A stretch of DNA of 64,000 nt. Origin: a phage. The notes under the pieces were generated by a model that was given only the letters and a program-made list of their open reading frames with translations, had not been told where the DNA came from and did not search any database. Shown piece after piece: positions 23,575 to 35,050 of this stretch. A program made the translations under genes and the position numbers. Where the stretch lies: NCBI GenBank assembly GCA_012813795.1, contig GCA_012813795.1_4087.1; one strand, given 5' to 3'. Numbering within the stretch: the stretch's first letter is position 1; each line of letters opens with the position of its first letter.

Positions 23575-24074
23575 TTACGTTGCATCCAATGTGAGCCAGT
23601 CCATACTTTTTTCTTTTCACGTTCTATCTGTCGTTTTTTTAATTCTTCATCCCACAGGATATTGTCATTCAAGAAATAGTCATATAGTTCTTTTAATTTC
23701 AAATTATCAGAAAATGCGGGAAAGTACTTATTATCGCATACCAAGCTCTCTTGGAAATGTGCATCTTCATCTGTGATGTATCGATATGTAAAAATTCTAT
23801 TCGGGTTTGGATAGATACCATTTGTTTCAGAGAAACATTTTCTAAGTAGACTTTTACCAAAATCACAGATAATAGTGTCTTTACGAACAAAATTCCAGCG
23901 AGTAACCATTGTAATTGTTAGAGTTTGATAATTCTGATCTAAGCTTATTCGATGTTCACCATCTTTGTGCTTATAGTGATAAGTGCCCTGTTTTCGAACT
24001 GTTCGTTCAAACTCATTAATATTAATTTTACTTAAAATTTCAGTAATACTTTCCGGTACATGCGTAATGAGCAT
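23571..24074 (-). CDS. hypothetical protein with internal EE-x-FQ-like motif
   Basis: 167 aa; contains TDEDAHFQESLV. Confidence 0.5.
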
Positions 24075-24119
24075 TATTGATCTCCTGTTTAAAACAAAAG
24101 AATAGCATATATATCAGTA

Positions 24120-24302
24120 CTAGTCAATTTTTTTACCTCTAACCGCAAGCTCATAGATGAACCAGCGATTACTATCCTCATCCAAGACAAATGATTTGAA
24201 CTTGTTCTTATCTTTTAAAATATCATAATGACCCTGGCGTACACCAAAGCCAAAATGATCATGTTTGAATTTTAATTCATCTAACCATTCTTGATGTGTC
24301 AT
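24120..24302 (-). CDS. MTHEEW mini-protein family member (MTHQEW...; 60 aa)
   Basis: Paralog of 23398..23574 (…YELAVRGKK); internal Met of track ORF 24120..24350. Confidence 0.5.
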   Translation of the reverse strand: MTHQEWLDELKFKHDHFGFGVRQGHYDILKDKNKFKSFVLDEDSNRWFIYELAVRGKKID

Positions 24303-24484
24303 GTGTAACATCCAGTTGTTCGTGCTATAGCGTACATAGTCCCATAGCAATCATAATAGCTAATGATCGAATTGAAATAATCATCACTATCACGTAAAAT
24401 ACTTCCAAGACCACCGAATGCGAAGAAGAAAATATCATTTTCATACAGTTTATCGTTTCTTTTATGCCATTCATCTAGTGTCAT
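24299..24484 (-). CDS. MTHEEW-like mini-protein (MTLDEW...)
   Basis: 61 aa; stop overlaps the ATG of the next copy. Confidence 0.45.
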   Translation of the reverse strand: MTLDEWHKRNDKLYENDIFFFAFGGLGSILRDSDDYFNSIISYYDCYGTMYAIARTTGCYT

Positions 24485-24485
24485 T

Positions 24486-24776
24486 TTATTTGTCCAGTAC
24501 TATCAAGTGTTTCATCTCTTCTTCGGTAAAGAATGCACTGTCGTGTACAATAGAACCATTTTCATCTATTACATAGTACAGGTTGCCATATCGTTGGACT
24601 TCAATTCCGTCGATTTCAATTCGTGGAAAATTATGCACAATACTGTCTGCACCGAAAACCTCACCAAAAAAGTTTGATGCTGGATTAATAATAACTTTCA
24701 TATGTACCTCGGAGTAAAAAAAATGAGTACTGCAAGCAGTACTCATAAATAGTTTTATTTTTTGTAAAACAACCAA
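24486..24776 (-). CDS. hypothetical protein
   Basis: 96-aa ORF. Confidence 0.5.
   Translation of the reverse strand: MVVLQKIKLFMSTACSTHFFYSEVHMKVIINPASNFFGEVFGADSIVHNFPRIEIDGIEVQRYGNLYYVIDENGSIVHDSAFFTEEEMKHLIVLDK
24715..24747 (-). terminator. intrinsic terminator (atgagtactgcaagcagtactcat + T8)
   Basis: 10-bp perfect stem followed on the minus strand by TTTTTTTT. Confidence 0.65.
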
Positions 24777-25105
24777 CCGAATGCACGAACACCAGCATAC
24801 ATAATCATACTACGTGGCTTACCAACTTCAGTAGTACGTAGAGCCTGTAGTAGCACCTTATCACTATCTTTACGGGATAGCATACCAGTACTATACAAGT
24901 AGTCATGTATTGTTGCTGCGGCGTGACCCATATTACCGACTAGTTCAAATATACCACGAATACGTGGGACGCTTGCAAAATCAGTTTTGAAACCTGCGGG
25001 AACAACAATTTTAATACCGTTATACTCGTATTCTAGATCTTCTAGAACTTTCCAACGTTGACCTTCGTTATTAATTAATTCTACTTTAAGATTACTTTTA
25101 AACAT
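24755..25105 (-). CDS. DUF1353-like protein
   Basis: PAGFKTDFASVPR...HDYLY motif. Confidence 0.5.
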   Translation of the reverse strand: MFKSNLKVELINNEGQRWKVLEDLEYEYNGIKIVVPAGFKTDFASVPRIRGIFELVGNMGHAAATIHDYLYSTGMLSRKDSDKVLLQALRTTEVGKPRSMIMYAGVRAFGWLFYKK

Positions 25106-25156
25106 AGTTACTCCTTAGATTAATCTATAGGTAACTATTTATTTTTTTTGAGAGTA

Positions 25157-25726
25157 TTAATATTCCTCAATTACTTCTAAGAAGGTATCCCATCCAGTAT
25201 AAGTAAAGTGGTCAAAATATTGTTTCTCACCACCGACCATATAAACTTCAATTGTACCATGATCAAATGCATCTTTTGGTTTACGTACAGCAGTTACAAT
25301 TGCTTTATGAGTGAAGTTATTGTAATCAGTGTACAGTACAATATCATTTACTTTAATCGTATCAGGTGTATAGATGGAAGCATTACGATTTAGGTTGTGC
25401 AGATAATGCTCAGCATACTCTTTGTTCTCAATAACACCATATACGTTACCAGGGAAAACCCTGCTACCATTACGTGTTAAGGCCCAGCCAGCCCCAACTT
25501 CTTGCAGTTCGTACACAAAATGTGTACACACTTTATCAACTTCGTGCAGTTCCCAAAAGTCACCATCGAGGTTTGAGAATTTGTAGATAGTATTAAGTTT
25601 TTCTCCTTCAAACGCAAGAAGAGCCACACCAATTTGAACTGTACCATCGTTTAACATAATGTTAAAGAGGTTGTTTGTGTTGAACATACGTTCAGCATTT
25701 TTTGGATTAAACTTCACTAAATTCAT
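25157..25726 (-). CDS. hypothetical protein
   Basis: 189-aa ORF. Confidence 0.55.
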   Translation of the reverse strand: MNLVKFNPKNAERMFNTNNLFNIMLNDGTVQIGVALLAFEGEKLNTIYKFSNLDGDFWELHEVDKVCTHFVYELQEVGAGWALTRNGSRVFPGNVYGVIENKEYAEHYLHNLNRNASIYTPDTIKVNDIVLYTDYNNFTHKAIVTAVRKPKDAFDHGTIEVYMVGGEKQYFDHFTYTGWDTFLEVIEEY

Positions 25727-25753
25727 TTTATATTCTCCAGTGTTATTGGAACT

Positions 25754-25782
25754 ATTATATCAGTACTGGATAGTACTGTCAA
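25754..25782 (-). promoter_or_regulatory. sigma70-like early promoter (TTGACA, 17 nt, TATAAT)
   Basis: attata 25754-25759; tgtcaa 25777-25782; two AGTACTG copies in spacer. Confidence 0.55.
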
Positions 25783-26171
25783 ATGTTTTTCATAACTTCT
25801 ACAATGAAATCAATTTTATCTTTGAGTTTATAAGGGATACATCCCGCATCACGCTCTAAAGAAGTAATTTTTTGGAACTCGTCTTCGTCTGATTCGGATA
25901 CATAGAATGGACTAGGTATAAATGATTCATCATCTGGAAGCTTCTTTGTTCGGTCAAACAATACTGCTGGGTTCACAAAATAAAATGCATTGATATCTGG
26001 GCGATAATACACACAATCAACCTTATAGTACTGATGTAACCACAAAGACAAAGAATATGTCCTTACATTTCCAATTGGTTTTGAGCCGGAAGCTATGTAA
26101 TTTATATTGTTTTTATCTTGAACCATTTCATAGATGTAATCAATGAGTTTTTGTAAGTCAGTATCAGACAT
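25779..26171 (-). CDS. hypothetical protein
   Basis: 130-aa ORF. Confidence 0.5.
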   Translation of the reverse strand: MSDTDLQKLIDYIYEMVQDKNNINYIASGSKPIGNVRTYSLSLWLHQYYKVDCVYYRPDINAFYFVNPAVLFDRTKKLPDDESFIPSPFYVSESDEDEFQKITSLERDAGCIPYKLKDKIDFIVEVMKNI

Positions 26172-26182
26172 GAATTTTCCTT

Positions 26183-26213
26183 AAAAAAATACCCAGTATC
26201 TAATTACTGGGTA
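26183..26213 (-). terminator. intrinsic terminator (acccagtatctaattactgggt)
   Basis: Stem-loop followed on the minus strand by T-run. Confidence 0.6.
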
Positions 26214-26224
26214 ATATATTTTAT

Positions 26225-26366
26225 TTCTTTTCTGCTTCAGCAAACACTACTAAAATAGATGCACTGAGGTCGTCTACCATTTTAGTACTTTTTTCATCGA
26301 GATTTTTTGCAAGTGCTTGAATCTCTTGAAGTTTTAAAACCAAATCAACTTTCTGTGAACTCATTT
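26225..26366 (-). CDS. small hypothetical protein (47 aa)
   Basis: Hand-translated MSSQKVDLVLKLQEIQALAKNLDEK...; followed by terminator. Confidence 0.35.
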
Positions 26367-26663
26367 TTAATCTCCTAAGTCTAGATTGATATCACTAATA
26401 TCAAGGATTGTTTTTTGTTTAACAACTTGTGTTACCTGAACTTCTTCAGGGATTTCTCGTTCTTCTGTTACATCTTTCTTCAGAACTTCAGGGATAATTC
26501 CGTGTTGAACATCACAATACATCGAGACTACGGTTTCAGCACAAGAAAGCATTTCGCGAACCTTGTACTGATATCCTTGTGGTAAATCTTTTACTGCGTC
26601 CATTACGTGTAGAAGTCGATTTTGAACTTCAACGAGGACTTTACTTGCTTCATCTGGTAACAT
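26367..26663 (-). CDS. hypothetical protein
   Basis: 98-aa ORF. Confidence 0.5.
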   Translation of the reverse strand: MLPDEASKVLVEVQNRLLHVMDAVKDLPQGYQYKVREMLSCAETVVSMYCDVQHGIIPEVLKKDVTEEREIPEEVQVTQVVKQKTILDISDINLDLGD

Positions 26664-27241
26664 TATAACTCCACGATATCACTATCACGCTTATGCACAT
26701 GATTTGGTGCTGCGTTTTCTGAACTTGGTTTCTTTAACTCGTGTTCAAGTTTTAGAATACGTTTAAATGTATTTAAACTTGGACGTTTCTTATAAAATTC
26801 TTCCTTTCGTTGACCGTAGTAACGATGGATATATCCATAAGCATAGTATTTAGAACCAATCCAGATTTCACCTTCTGAATTAAGAACTTTAACATAACGT
26901 GGATCTGCATGACTAGTGCGATATTGATTTGCTACAAGTGTTGTTTCTTCATCGTTAGGATTGACAAACATAATCGTGTCATCAGATGGTGATAATTTCG
27001 CAATAAGTATTCCAGCTTCAGTCTTATCTAGTAATAGATTAATGGCTGTATCAGCTTCTTTATTATATGACATAGCTGACATAAGAAACTGGAAAGAACG
27101 AAAATATTTAGAACCACTTATGCATGTATTAATAATTAATCCTACCGTTATCAACACCAGAACACTAAGGCATCCAAATAAAAAATAATATTCTACACCC
27201 ATTTTCTTTTTTCCTCTATACTTTTGATTAAAAAGCCCCAT
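26663..27241 (-). CDS. membrane-anchored hypothetical protein
   Basis: N-terminal TM helix. Confidence 0.55.
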   Translation of the reverse strand: MGLFNQKYRGKKKMGVEYYFLFGCLSVLVLITVGLIINTCISGSKYFRSFQFLMSAMSYNKEADTAINLLLDKTEAGILIAKLSPSDDTIMFVNPNDEETTLVANQYRTSHADPRYVKVLNSEGEIWIGSKYYAYGYIHRYYGQRKEEFYKKRPSLNTFKRILKLEHELKKPSSENAAPNHVHKRDSDIVEL

Positions 27242-27267
27242 CCATATGGACAGGGCATAAACCCTAA

Positions 27268-27477
27268 TTACTTACGATTTGCTTTACGCAGTTCGTGTAG
27301 TTCTTCTTGGAGATTTTTCTTCCAAGTGATGAGATGAGCGAACATGATTGGCTTAGCACCAGTACCGTGGAATTGAGCAAGTGCTTCTTCCGCTTGGTGA
27401 ATTTGGAACTGAATGTAGTTTACAGTGCGGTCAAAATCAGTTACGTCTAGTACTTGTGCTTTAATTTCTTGTGCCAT
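27268..27477 (-). CDS. hypothetical protein
   Basis: 69-aa ORF. Confidence 0.45.
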   Translation of the reverse strand: MAQEIKAQVLDVTDFDRTVNYIQFQIHQAEEALAQFHGTGAKPIMFAHLITWKKNLQEELHELRKANRK

Positions 27478-27596
27478 TGTTAATACCCTTTTATTTCTTT
27501 TTTATAGAACCCTCAATCATTGAGGAAGTGATTTGCATTTTAACATCTGCCGATGAAAACATTATATCATTGGATTCGAAATTGTTCCACAACTTC

Positions 27597-27893
27597 TTAA
27601 GAATTTTTTAGAACAATCTCAACTACAGGTAAATCAGTGTTATTTGATTCTTGTTCATTGTAACCGTTACTGATAAGAACGTCAATAACTTTTTTAGAAT
27701 CAATTGTGAAACTTTCCAACTCAGTATAACGGTAATACCCGATAGTCTGGCTGAACTCGTACTCACCTGGACGTTGACGGCAACACGTTTGGGTTGCTGA
27801 CATGATATTATTAATTAGATAATATGATTCAGTACTTTCACATGTTGGTACATAGAACTTATTATCAAAAACTAGAACTTCATGTTTATTCAT
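27597..27893 (-). CDS. hypothetical protein
   Basis: 98-aa ORF. Confidence 0.5.
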   Translation of the reverse strand: MNKHEVLVFDNKFYVPTCESTESYYLINNIMSATQTCCRQRPGEYEFSQTIGYYRYTELESFTIDSKKVIDVLISNGYNEQESNNTDLPVVEIVLKNS

Positions 27894-28164
27894 ACATTGA
27901 TCTCAGTTCAGATAGTAAACGCTCAGTGATTTCTTTTTGAATTCCAGTAATCTCACTATTCAGACATGATAGACGCTTGGACAGTGCTGAAAATTGTTTA
28001 GCATCTTCTTTAGAACGTTCGTTACGAACTTTATCTGAACTCCAGTTGGCATAGGATTGTTCATCCTTGCGGTTAAGAATATCCCAATCCAGACGAACAA
28101 TGCGGCGTTCTTCACGGAGTTTAGATAGGCGTTCTTTCAGTACTTCTGTTGATTCGGTCATTCG
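27886..28164 (-). CDS. hypothetical coiled-coil protein
   Basis: Track ORF 27886..28299 trimmed to the internal Met (MTESTEV...) because the upstream part overlaps 28172..28435. Confidence 0.45.
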   Translation of the reverse strand, partial: RMTESTEVLKERLSKLREERRIVRLDWDILNRKDEQSYANWSSDKVRNERSKEDAKQFSALSKRLSCLNSEITGIQKEITERLLSELRSMYE

Positions 28165-28171
28165 CTTTCCC

Positions 28172-28435
28172 TTATTGAAGATTGACGATGTGAGGATTAT
28201 ACTCAACATAACCATTCTTTGCAAGAAGTTTTTTAATATCAGCATCTGTGGTAATATATTCTTCTGGATTGCGTGATTGAACGTCAACACGCTTAACAAA
28301 CGGTTCCTTAGTACTGATATCTCTCTTCAACCCTTGAATGCGTTGTAACATATCCAGAGGGTCTGGACTGAATTCATTACCAACATAAAGAGTGCTTTGA
28401 TGTTCACTGCCATATACGTATTCTAAAATTTTCAT
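28172..28435 (-). CDS. hypothetical protein
   Basis: 87-aa ORF. Confidence 0.45.
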   Translation of the reverse strand: MKILEYVYGSEHQSTLYVGNEFSPDPLDMLQRIQGLKRDISTKEPFVKRVDVQSRNPEEYITTDADIKKLLAKNGYVEYNPHIVNLQ

Positions 28436-29250
28436 CGCTTATCCTCGTCAGTTACACCTTGTACTGGGAAGTACAAATCACAGTCATCTTTAGGGTTGAT
28501 TACTCTATATTGTTTAACGAGTATATCATTTACACCGCTGTTGTCAATGATTAAATCCATCACCTGATTCCATTTCTGTAGATCAACCACTGATATGTTT
28601 TTACGGTACAAATCATGCCCTTTACAATGAACAAACCCAATAACTTCACTGTTGTATTTGATACATACTGTGATTTCACCTTCAACTATGTTATTAAAAT
28701 TATAATACGATTTATCATATATAAGGTAACTTTCAAGGGCCGTACATTCAGATACAGCATCAGCAAGCATGTCTGCTATTTCAATTGAAATCTCACGATC
28801 CAAATGTTCTTCTACACAGTACTGTATTGTACCAAATACATCCTCCCCGACAGATGGTGCATTGATAGCGACTTTAAGTGGTGCTGGCTTTATATAAAGT
28901 TTTGGAAACTCATCAGTACTAATGAATACAGCATCACATATGTTATGTACAATCTCTGCATATGGAGTATACAGATAGAAAACATTAGTCTCATGTACAT
29001 CTGTTTCAATCCATACGTCCGAATCAGACAATTCACTTTTATTCAGTACACGATTTGTGAATCCAATGTGAAGACAATCGTGTTCTTCCTCGTTATTAAT
29101 TTTAATAGGACAAAACATGATGTAAGGATAACGTTTTAAGTACCCGTTAAATTTACGGCGTACATCACGGTCGCAATTCATCAAGTACTTTGTTAAGTTA
29201 TCTTTTAATATCTTTTCAATACTCATTATCCGATTTCTCATCTTGCTCAT
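28432..29250 (-). CDS. hypothetical protein
   Basis: 272-aa ORF. Confidence 0.55.
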   Translation of the reverse strand: MSKMRNRIMSIEKILKDNLTKYLMNCDRDVRRKFNGYLKRYPYIMFCPIKINNEEEHDCLHIGFTNRVLNKSELSDSDVWIETDVHETNVFYLYTPYAEIVHNICDAVFISTDEFPKLYIKPAPLKVAINAPSVGEDVFGTIQYCVEEHLDREISIEIADMLADAVSECTALESYLIYDKSYYNFNNIVEGEITVCIKYNSEVIGFVHCKGHDLYRKNISVVDLQKWNQVMDLIIDNSGVNDILVKQYRVINPKDDCDLYFPVQGVTDEDKR

Positions 29251-29470
29251 ATGGACTTTTGCGGTTCATCACCCAAACAACAAATAGTAACCAAATCACA
29301 AAACCTAATATACGCAATGCAAAGTCAATATCAGTGTTAGTTCCACCATTATATTGGTAAATGATGGATGGAATCAAAGCAACTACAATTGTGATTAAGG
29401 TCATAAGAGCGAATACAACACCTTCAACGATGATTTTCACTTGTTCCCATATAGTTTTAAGATGTTCCAT
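29216..29470 (-). CDS. small membrane protein (2 TM)
   Basis: 84-aa ORF. Confidence 0.5.
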   Translation of the reverse strand: MEHLKTIWEQVKIIVEGVVFALMTLITIVVALIPSIIYQYNGGTNTDIDFALRILGFVIWLLFVVWVMNRKSPYEQDEKSDNEY

Positions 29471-30036
29471 TACATGTCCTCTGAACCGATTCTAACCAAT
29501 TTCTGTTCATTATAGAAATCGCAGAAATCACCTTTCATGTATTTGATTTTAAGATTGCGTGTGCCTACCAGACGACGCAAACGACGCTTAACTGCACTCA
29601 GATCAGTTGAGAAGTTAAGATACATACCACCGACTTTACCTGGTACATCTGGTACGTACAGGTAATATGCATATTCCATTACCAGTCGTTGCTGGAACTG
29701 TTTCAGTGCAGCTTTGTATTCATCGAGGTTTTCAAAAAACACAGCATAGCATTCGGATTTACCCCACGGTGTACGTTTAAACATGCGGAAGTATTCATAA
29801 TTATCCCAATTCTCTTCTGTTGGATTGGGATTCACACATTCCAATGATGCGTCGGATTGACCACCTGATTTCCAAACTTCTTTCAAACCATTTTCAAAAA
29901 CAAAAAGAGTTGCCTCTTTACCACGGAAATGTTTTCTGTGCTTAGATAGTACTTGAATATGATTGCGTTTATGGTGATACATTTCATGTCCAATGTATTC
30001 ATCACTGTATTCACAAATCTTTTCACATCCAGCCAT
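29470..30036 (-). CDS. hypothetical protein
   Basis: 188-aa ORF. Confidence 0.55.
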   Translation of the reverse strand: MAGCEKICEYSDEYIGHEMYHHKRNHIQVLSKHRKHFRGKEATLFVFENGLKEVWKSGGQSDASLECVNPNPTEENWDNYEYFRMFKRTPWGKSECYAVFFENLDEYKAALKQFQQRLVMEYAYYLYVPDVPGKVGGMYLNFSTDLSAVKRRLRRLVGTRNLKIKYMKGDFCDFYNEQKLVRIGSEDM

Positions 30037-30059
30037 TTTTATTTTACCTTTTTGTTTAA

Positions 30060-30260
30060 TTAAAAGACGAGAGTATTATCACACACTCTCGATATATTGT
30101 CAATCTTCTTTTTTGACTTCTTCATGTAACCCGTATCGTGGGTCATATCGGTCATAAGTAGTACCGTTAGTACTGGCCTTAATGCTTTCAGTACGATTGA
30201 TTGGTTCAATCGATACACCACGATAACCAATCTCTTCTTTGAACTGTTTCCAGGATTCAC
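30060..30260 (-). CDS. hypothetical protein
   Basis: 66 aa; SD AAGGGGA. Confidence 0.4.
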   Translation of the reverse strand: MNPGNSSKKRLVIVVYRLNQSIVLKALRPVLTVLLMTDMTHDTGYMKKSKKKIDNISRVCDNTLVF

Positions 30261-30282
30261 TCAGACTCATTTTGTCCCCTTA

Positions 30283-30428
30283 TTATTTCATACACTCGCG
30301 TAGATCAATCTTTTCAACTGAACCACCAAGTACTAGATAGTAAAAATTAGAATCTTTATTAGCCATATTCAGAAGATCTGCTTTCTGTTGAAGTGTAAAG
30401 CGTGATGTACTGTTACGCACTGGCATAG
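30283..30428 (-). CDS. small hypothetical protein (48 aa)
   Basis: Hand-translated; SD AAGGAG 6 nt upstream of ATG. Confidence 0.35.
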
Positions 30429-30868
30429 TTACTCCTTAAAGTAGATATCACGAATTTGTTTAATCATCTCTAACTCTTGAAGTCCTATCATACCAAAGTC
30501 TTCTTGTATTGTCAACTGCTGAAAGTACATTTCTTCTAAATTATTGTACGGAATCCCAACAAGATTCAAAGGCTCACTTTCCACACGATATATTGTATCT
30601 TCTACGTCATGCTTTTCAATGTGAATACTAAATGTATCTTTTTGAATTCTAAATTTATAAAATGTTTGATTTGATGTAAACAATCCAACTTTAGGATGGA
30701 ATCCCATTTGAATACACAAACAATCTTCATCGTTATATTTCAGGTATATAGTTTTTGACGTTGCCAGTACTTTAGACTTTGGGTAGTAAAAGTCCCCCAT
30801 CTCCTTCTGGCGTAGCCAATCATTATAAACTACCGGATGTTTAACTTTCTTTAATTGGTGCAGTACTG

Positions 30869-30884
<16 letters not shown>
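30429..30884 (-). CDS. EE-x-FQ family paralog
   Basis: NLEEMYFQQLTIQEDFGMIGLQELEMI. Confidence 0.6.
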
Positions 30885-32257
<1,373 letters not shown>

Positions 32258-32272
32258 TTGTGCCTCTGATGG

Positions 32273-34171
32273 TTAAAAGAATATATCACGTAGTAAATGT
32301 TCTATAACAGGTGCTGTCCAGCCATTACCAAGCATTTTGTACGCTTGTGTTGAACTACTAACTTTGAAGTAGTTTACATCAATTCCTTGCAACATGCAAC
32401 ACTCTTGTACTGTTAAATGACGATAGTCCACATTTCGTTTACCCTTCTCAATCAGGAAGTTCCTGTTGATATCAGGGTCTTTGAAAACGATTTGTCTTCT
32501 TGACTTATTGAAGTACTGATTCGGATCTCCACCCTTGAAGTAGTTTGCGTCAATGCAATATGATTTATCACGATCAGTATACCAATTACCAGTTAGTATA
32601 TCTTGTAATTTTGGTGCTAAAATAAGAGGTTTTGGAATAAACAACTTATCCGAGCTATACCAGTAGTAACGTTGGCGATAATGTGCTGTATAATTTTGTG
32701 AATTTATCAAAATTGGTGTCATTTCCAACACGCCATTGATATAATCCTTGAAATCTTCCTTCATCTTAACATTCTCAAAAAGAACTTTCAAGTTAGGATT
32801 GAGACTTTTTATGTGCTGGTAAATATCAACCATTGTATGGAATAACATACCACGAGGATCATTCACACCGCCTTGTTTCCCAGCAACTGACCACGCTTGG
32901 CAGTTATGAACTACAATATTGTTCGCCGTATATGTGTTATCTACTGCAACTTCAATATTGTAAACGGTTTTCCATTCTCCGGTTGTGGTGTTCGATTTAA
33001 CACCTTTTACCCATGAATATGACCCATCATCATAGAATGCTTCATCTTTTCGGTGCTTTTCTTTTTTGTATGTTAATACGTAATACGGCTTCTGATTAAC
33101 AACACGTTCTTCTATAACTTTTGTTTCAGACGGTTTAAAGTATGTTATGTTAGAATGACGACCATACACATTCATAATTAGTTGTTGTATACCAAGAATA
33201 ACATTCTTTGATGTTGATGTAAATTTTAAACAATCATCTTTCTTGTCATGGTGACCATCTGCGTCAAAATAACCATCAATGAATGCTTTCTGATTAGCGA
33301 TACTTTCAGTGAAAAGTGTGGGGTGTACTTGTTTATTTGAAGCACCCTTACCCATTTGTTCACAAAATTCAACTAGTTCTTTTGAACAAATATAGAATTT
33401 ATAAGATGTTCTTTCTTTAACAAAATTATATTTCATATTCATACCATCAAAACATGAAACCAATTCATCAAATTCATCATGAGCACAGCAAATAAAAACA
33501 CGATATTGATAACTATTTTTTCTATTTTGTCGTTTTACTTTGTAAGTCCATCCATCACCCATAAATCTACCCATGAAATACCAAAAGCTTTCACTCTTGT
33601 TATGTTGAAAATTCACATTACAACGAACATTACATATAGCATGTTCTTCTGTGAGTTCATGTGCATCGATCCATGTAGGTTCTGTATATTCACGAACATA
33701 TTGTCGTTTTTCATTATCCCACTTCTTGCTCATTTTTCTCGCATAAAATGGATGATTATCAGTGCATTCAATTGGTATATGTCCCTGACCTGTGATGATT
33801 CTTGTTGGTGCAATCTTGCTACCAATACTCAATACTTTTTGGTATTGTCCAGTGTGTGTAAGAACCATATCACCAATTTTTATATCTTTTATATCTTTAT
33901 GACCTTCATTTGTCATGATCATGGTTCCTGCTGGGAAGCAAGGAAAACCACCCATCAGAAGATCTATCTTGTCCCATTCGATATCCCATTCTTTCCATCT
34001 AGTTACATCACCCAATTGGATGATATCAGGAAAGTTAGCCTGGGATTCAGCTATAGCAAATTTATCAATTTCAGATGAGTAGTACTTTTCAACTGGTATT
34101 CCTGCACTTTGCAAGGCCATATACCCAACACTCATCCCATTGAATAGTGATAGTACACGTATCGGTTCCAT
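32273..34171 (-). CDS. DNA (cytosine-5)-methyltransferase (Dcm-type) interrupted by an in-frame intein
   Basis: Motif I (LFNGMSVG), motif IV GGFP|C...CQAWSVAG split exactly at the PCQ catalytic Cys, ENV motif, C-terminal GNGWTAPV motif. Confidence 0.75.
   Translation of the reverse strand: MEPIRVLSLFNGMSVGYMALQSAGIPVEKYYSSEIDKFAIAESQANFPDIIQLGDVTRWKEWDIEWDKIDLLMGGFPCFPAGTMIMTNEGHKDIKDIKIGDMVLTHTGQYQKVLSIGSKIAPTRIITGQGHIPIECTDNHPFYARKMSKKWDNEKRQYVREYTEPTWIDAHELTEEHAICNVRCNVNFQHNKSESFWYFMGRFMGDGWTYKVKRQNRKNSYQYRVFICCAHDEFDELVSCFDGMNMKYNFVKERTSYKFYICSKELVEFCEQMGKGASNKQVHPTLFTESIANQKAFIDGYFDADGHHDKKDDCLKFTSTSKNVILGIQQLIMNVYGRHSNITYFKPSETKVIEERVVNQKPYYVLTYKKEKHRKDEAFYDDGSYSWVKGVKSNTTTGEWKTVYNIEVAVDNTYTANNIVVHNCQAWSVAGKQGGVNDPRGMLFHTMVDIYQHIKSLNPNLKVLFENVKMKEDFKDYINGVLEMTPILINSQNYTAHYRQRYYWYSSDKLFIPKPLILAPKLQDILTGNWYTDRDKSYCIDANYFKGGDPNQYFNKSRRQIVFKDPDINRNFLIEKGKRNVDYRHLTVQECCMLQGIDVNYFKVSSSTQAYKMLGNGWTAPVIEHLLRDIFF
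32903..33940 (-). mobile_element. intein with LAGLIDADG homing-endonuclease domain (346 aa, residues 78-423 of the MTase ORF)
   Basis: Starts CFPAGTMI (block A), ends VVHN followed by extein Cys; two LAGLIDADG motifs (MGRFMGDGW, IDGYFDADG). Confidence 0.65.
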
Positions 34172-34370
34172 CTATAATCCTTTATAAAATAAAATACTGG
34201 ACGAATATTCGCCCAGTATTGTCCTTTTTAATACTATTTAAAACTTATGTGGATTTCTCTTTTTAAGACCATCCAGTACATCAGTAGGTAGAATTTCACG
34301 GAATGACCCCACTGGGATAAGGATCATTACATATTTCAATTGGAGTTTCCTCGTTGTATAAGATTGATTA

Positions 34371-34399
34371 ATTGTATAATATTATTGCTCCATTGTCAA
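34371..34399 (-). promoter_or_regulatory. promoter-like element upstream of the MTase gene (TTGACA, 17 nt, TACAAT)
   Basis: tgtcaa 34394-34399; attgta 34371-34376. Confidence 0.35.
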
Positions 34400-34457
34400 G
34401 CAAAATATAATTCCTTATACATTCTTTCTCTCTGATACAAACATTATATCTCCTAAT

Positions 34458-34748
34458 TTAGAAATCGTCAATACTTTTTTCTTGACACCATCGGGCAGTA
34501 CAGATGATTGCCGATGCAAGGATTGAAGCACTAGCACGACCACCGCCTAATATGTACTGACTGACCACACCAATCATATTGAACACTTTATCACTCTCGG
34601 ACAGTTGTTCAAAATCCTTTTTCCAAAATTCATATTCTTCGTCTGAAACTTCAAATTCACTACCCATATCATTTAAAATCTTTTTTAGTACTGCACTATG
34701 TTCACTCATCTTTATCACCATAACGTTCGTCGTAGTAATCATCATCAC
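34458..34748 (-). CDS. hypothetical protein
   Basis: 96-aa ORF. Confidence 0.5.
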   Translation of the reverse strand: MMMITTTNVMVIKMSEHSAVLKKILNDMGSEFEVSDEEYEFWKKDFEQLSESDKVFNMIGVVSQYILGGGRASASILASAIICTARWCQEKSIDDF

Positions 34749-34785
34749 GGTCTAATGGTTCTTTTGGTTTTTCGCTCATATTTCC

Positions 34786-35046
34786 TCACATGGTAAACGT
34801 GTTATCACCATCCATGTCTTCATCAGTTGCTTCTGCTAAGGTCTTGATAGTTAATAATCCACGCTTCACATACAACATGAAAACCTTTTCATAATTACCA
34901 AACATGATTTCCGGTGACATGTAATTTTCTGTTACAATGACAATTGGTCGCCCCTGTGTCAGCATACGAAACATAGTGCGATATTTGTCAAATGTACGGA
35001 ATTCATCCATGTTCATCATGTGGCGTTTACGAACTACTGTAGTCAC
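34786..35046 (-). CDS. hypothetical protein
   Basis: 86-aa ORF. Confidence 0.5.
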   Translation of the reverse strand: MTTVVRKRHMMNMDEFRTFDKYRTMFRMLTQGRPIVIVTENYMSPEIMFGNYEKVFMLYVKRGLLTIKTLAEATDEDMDGDNTFTM

Positions 35047-35050
35047 TGTG

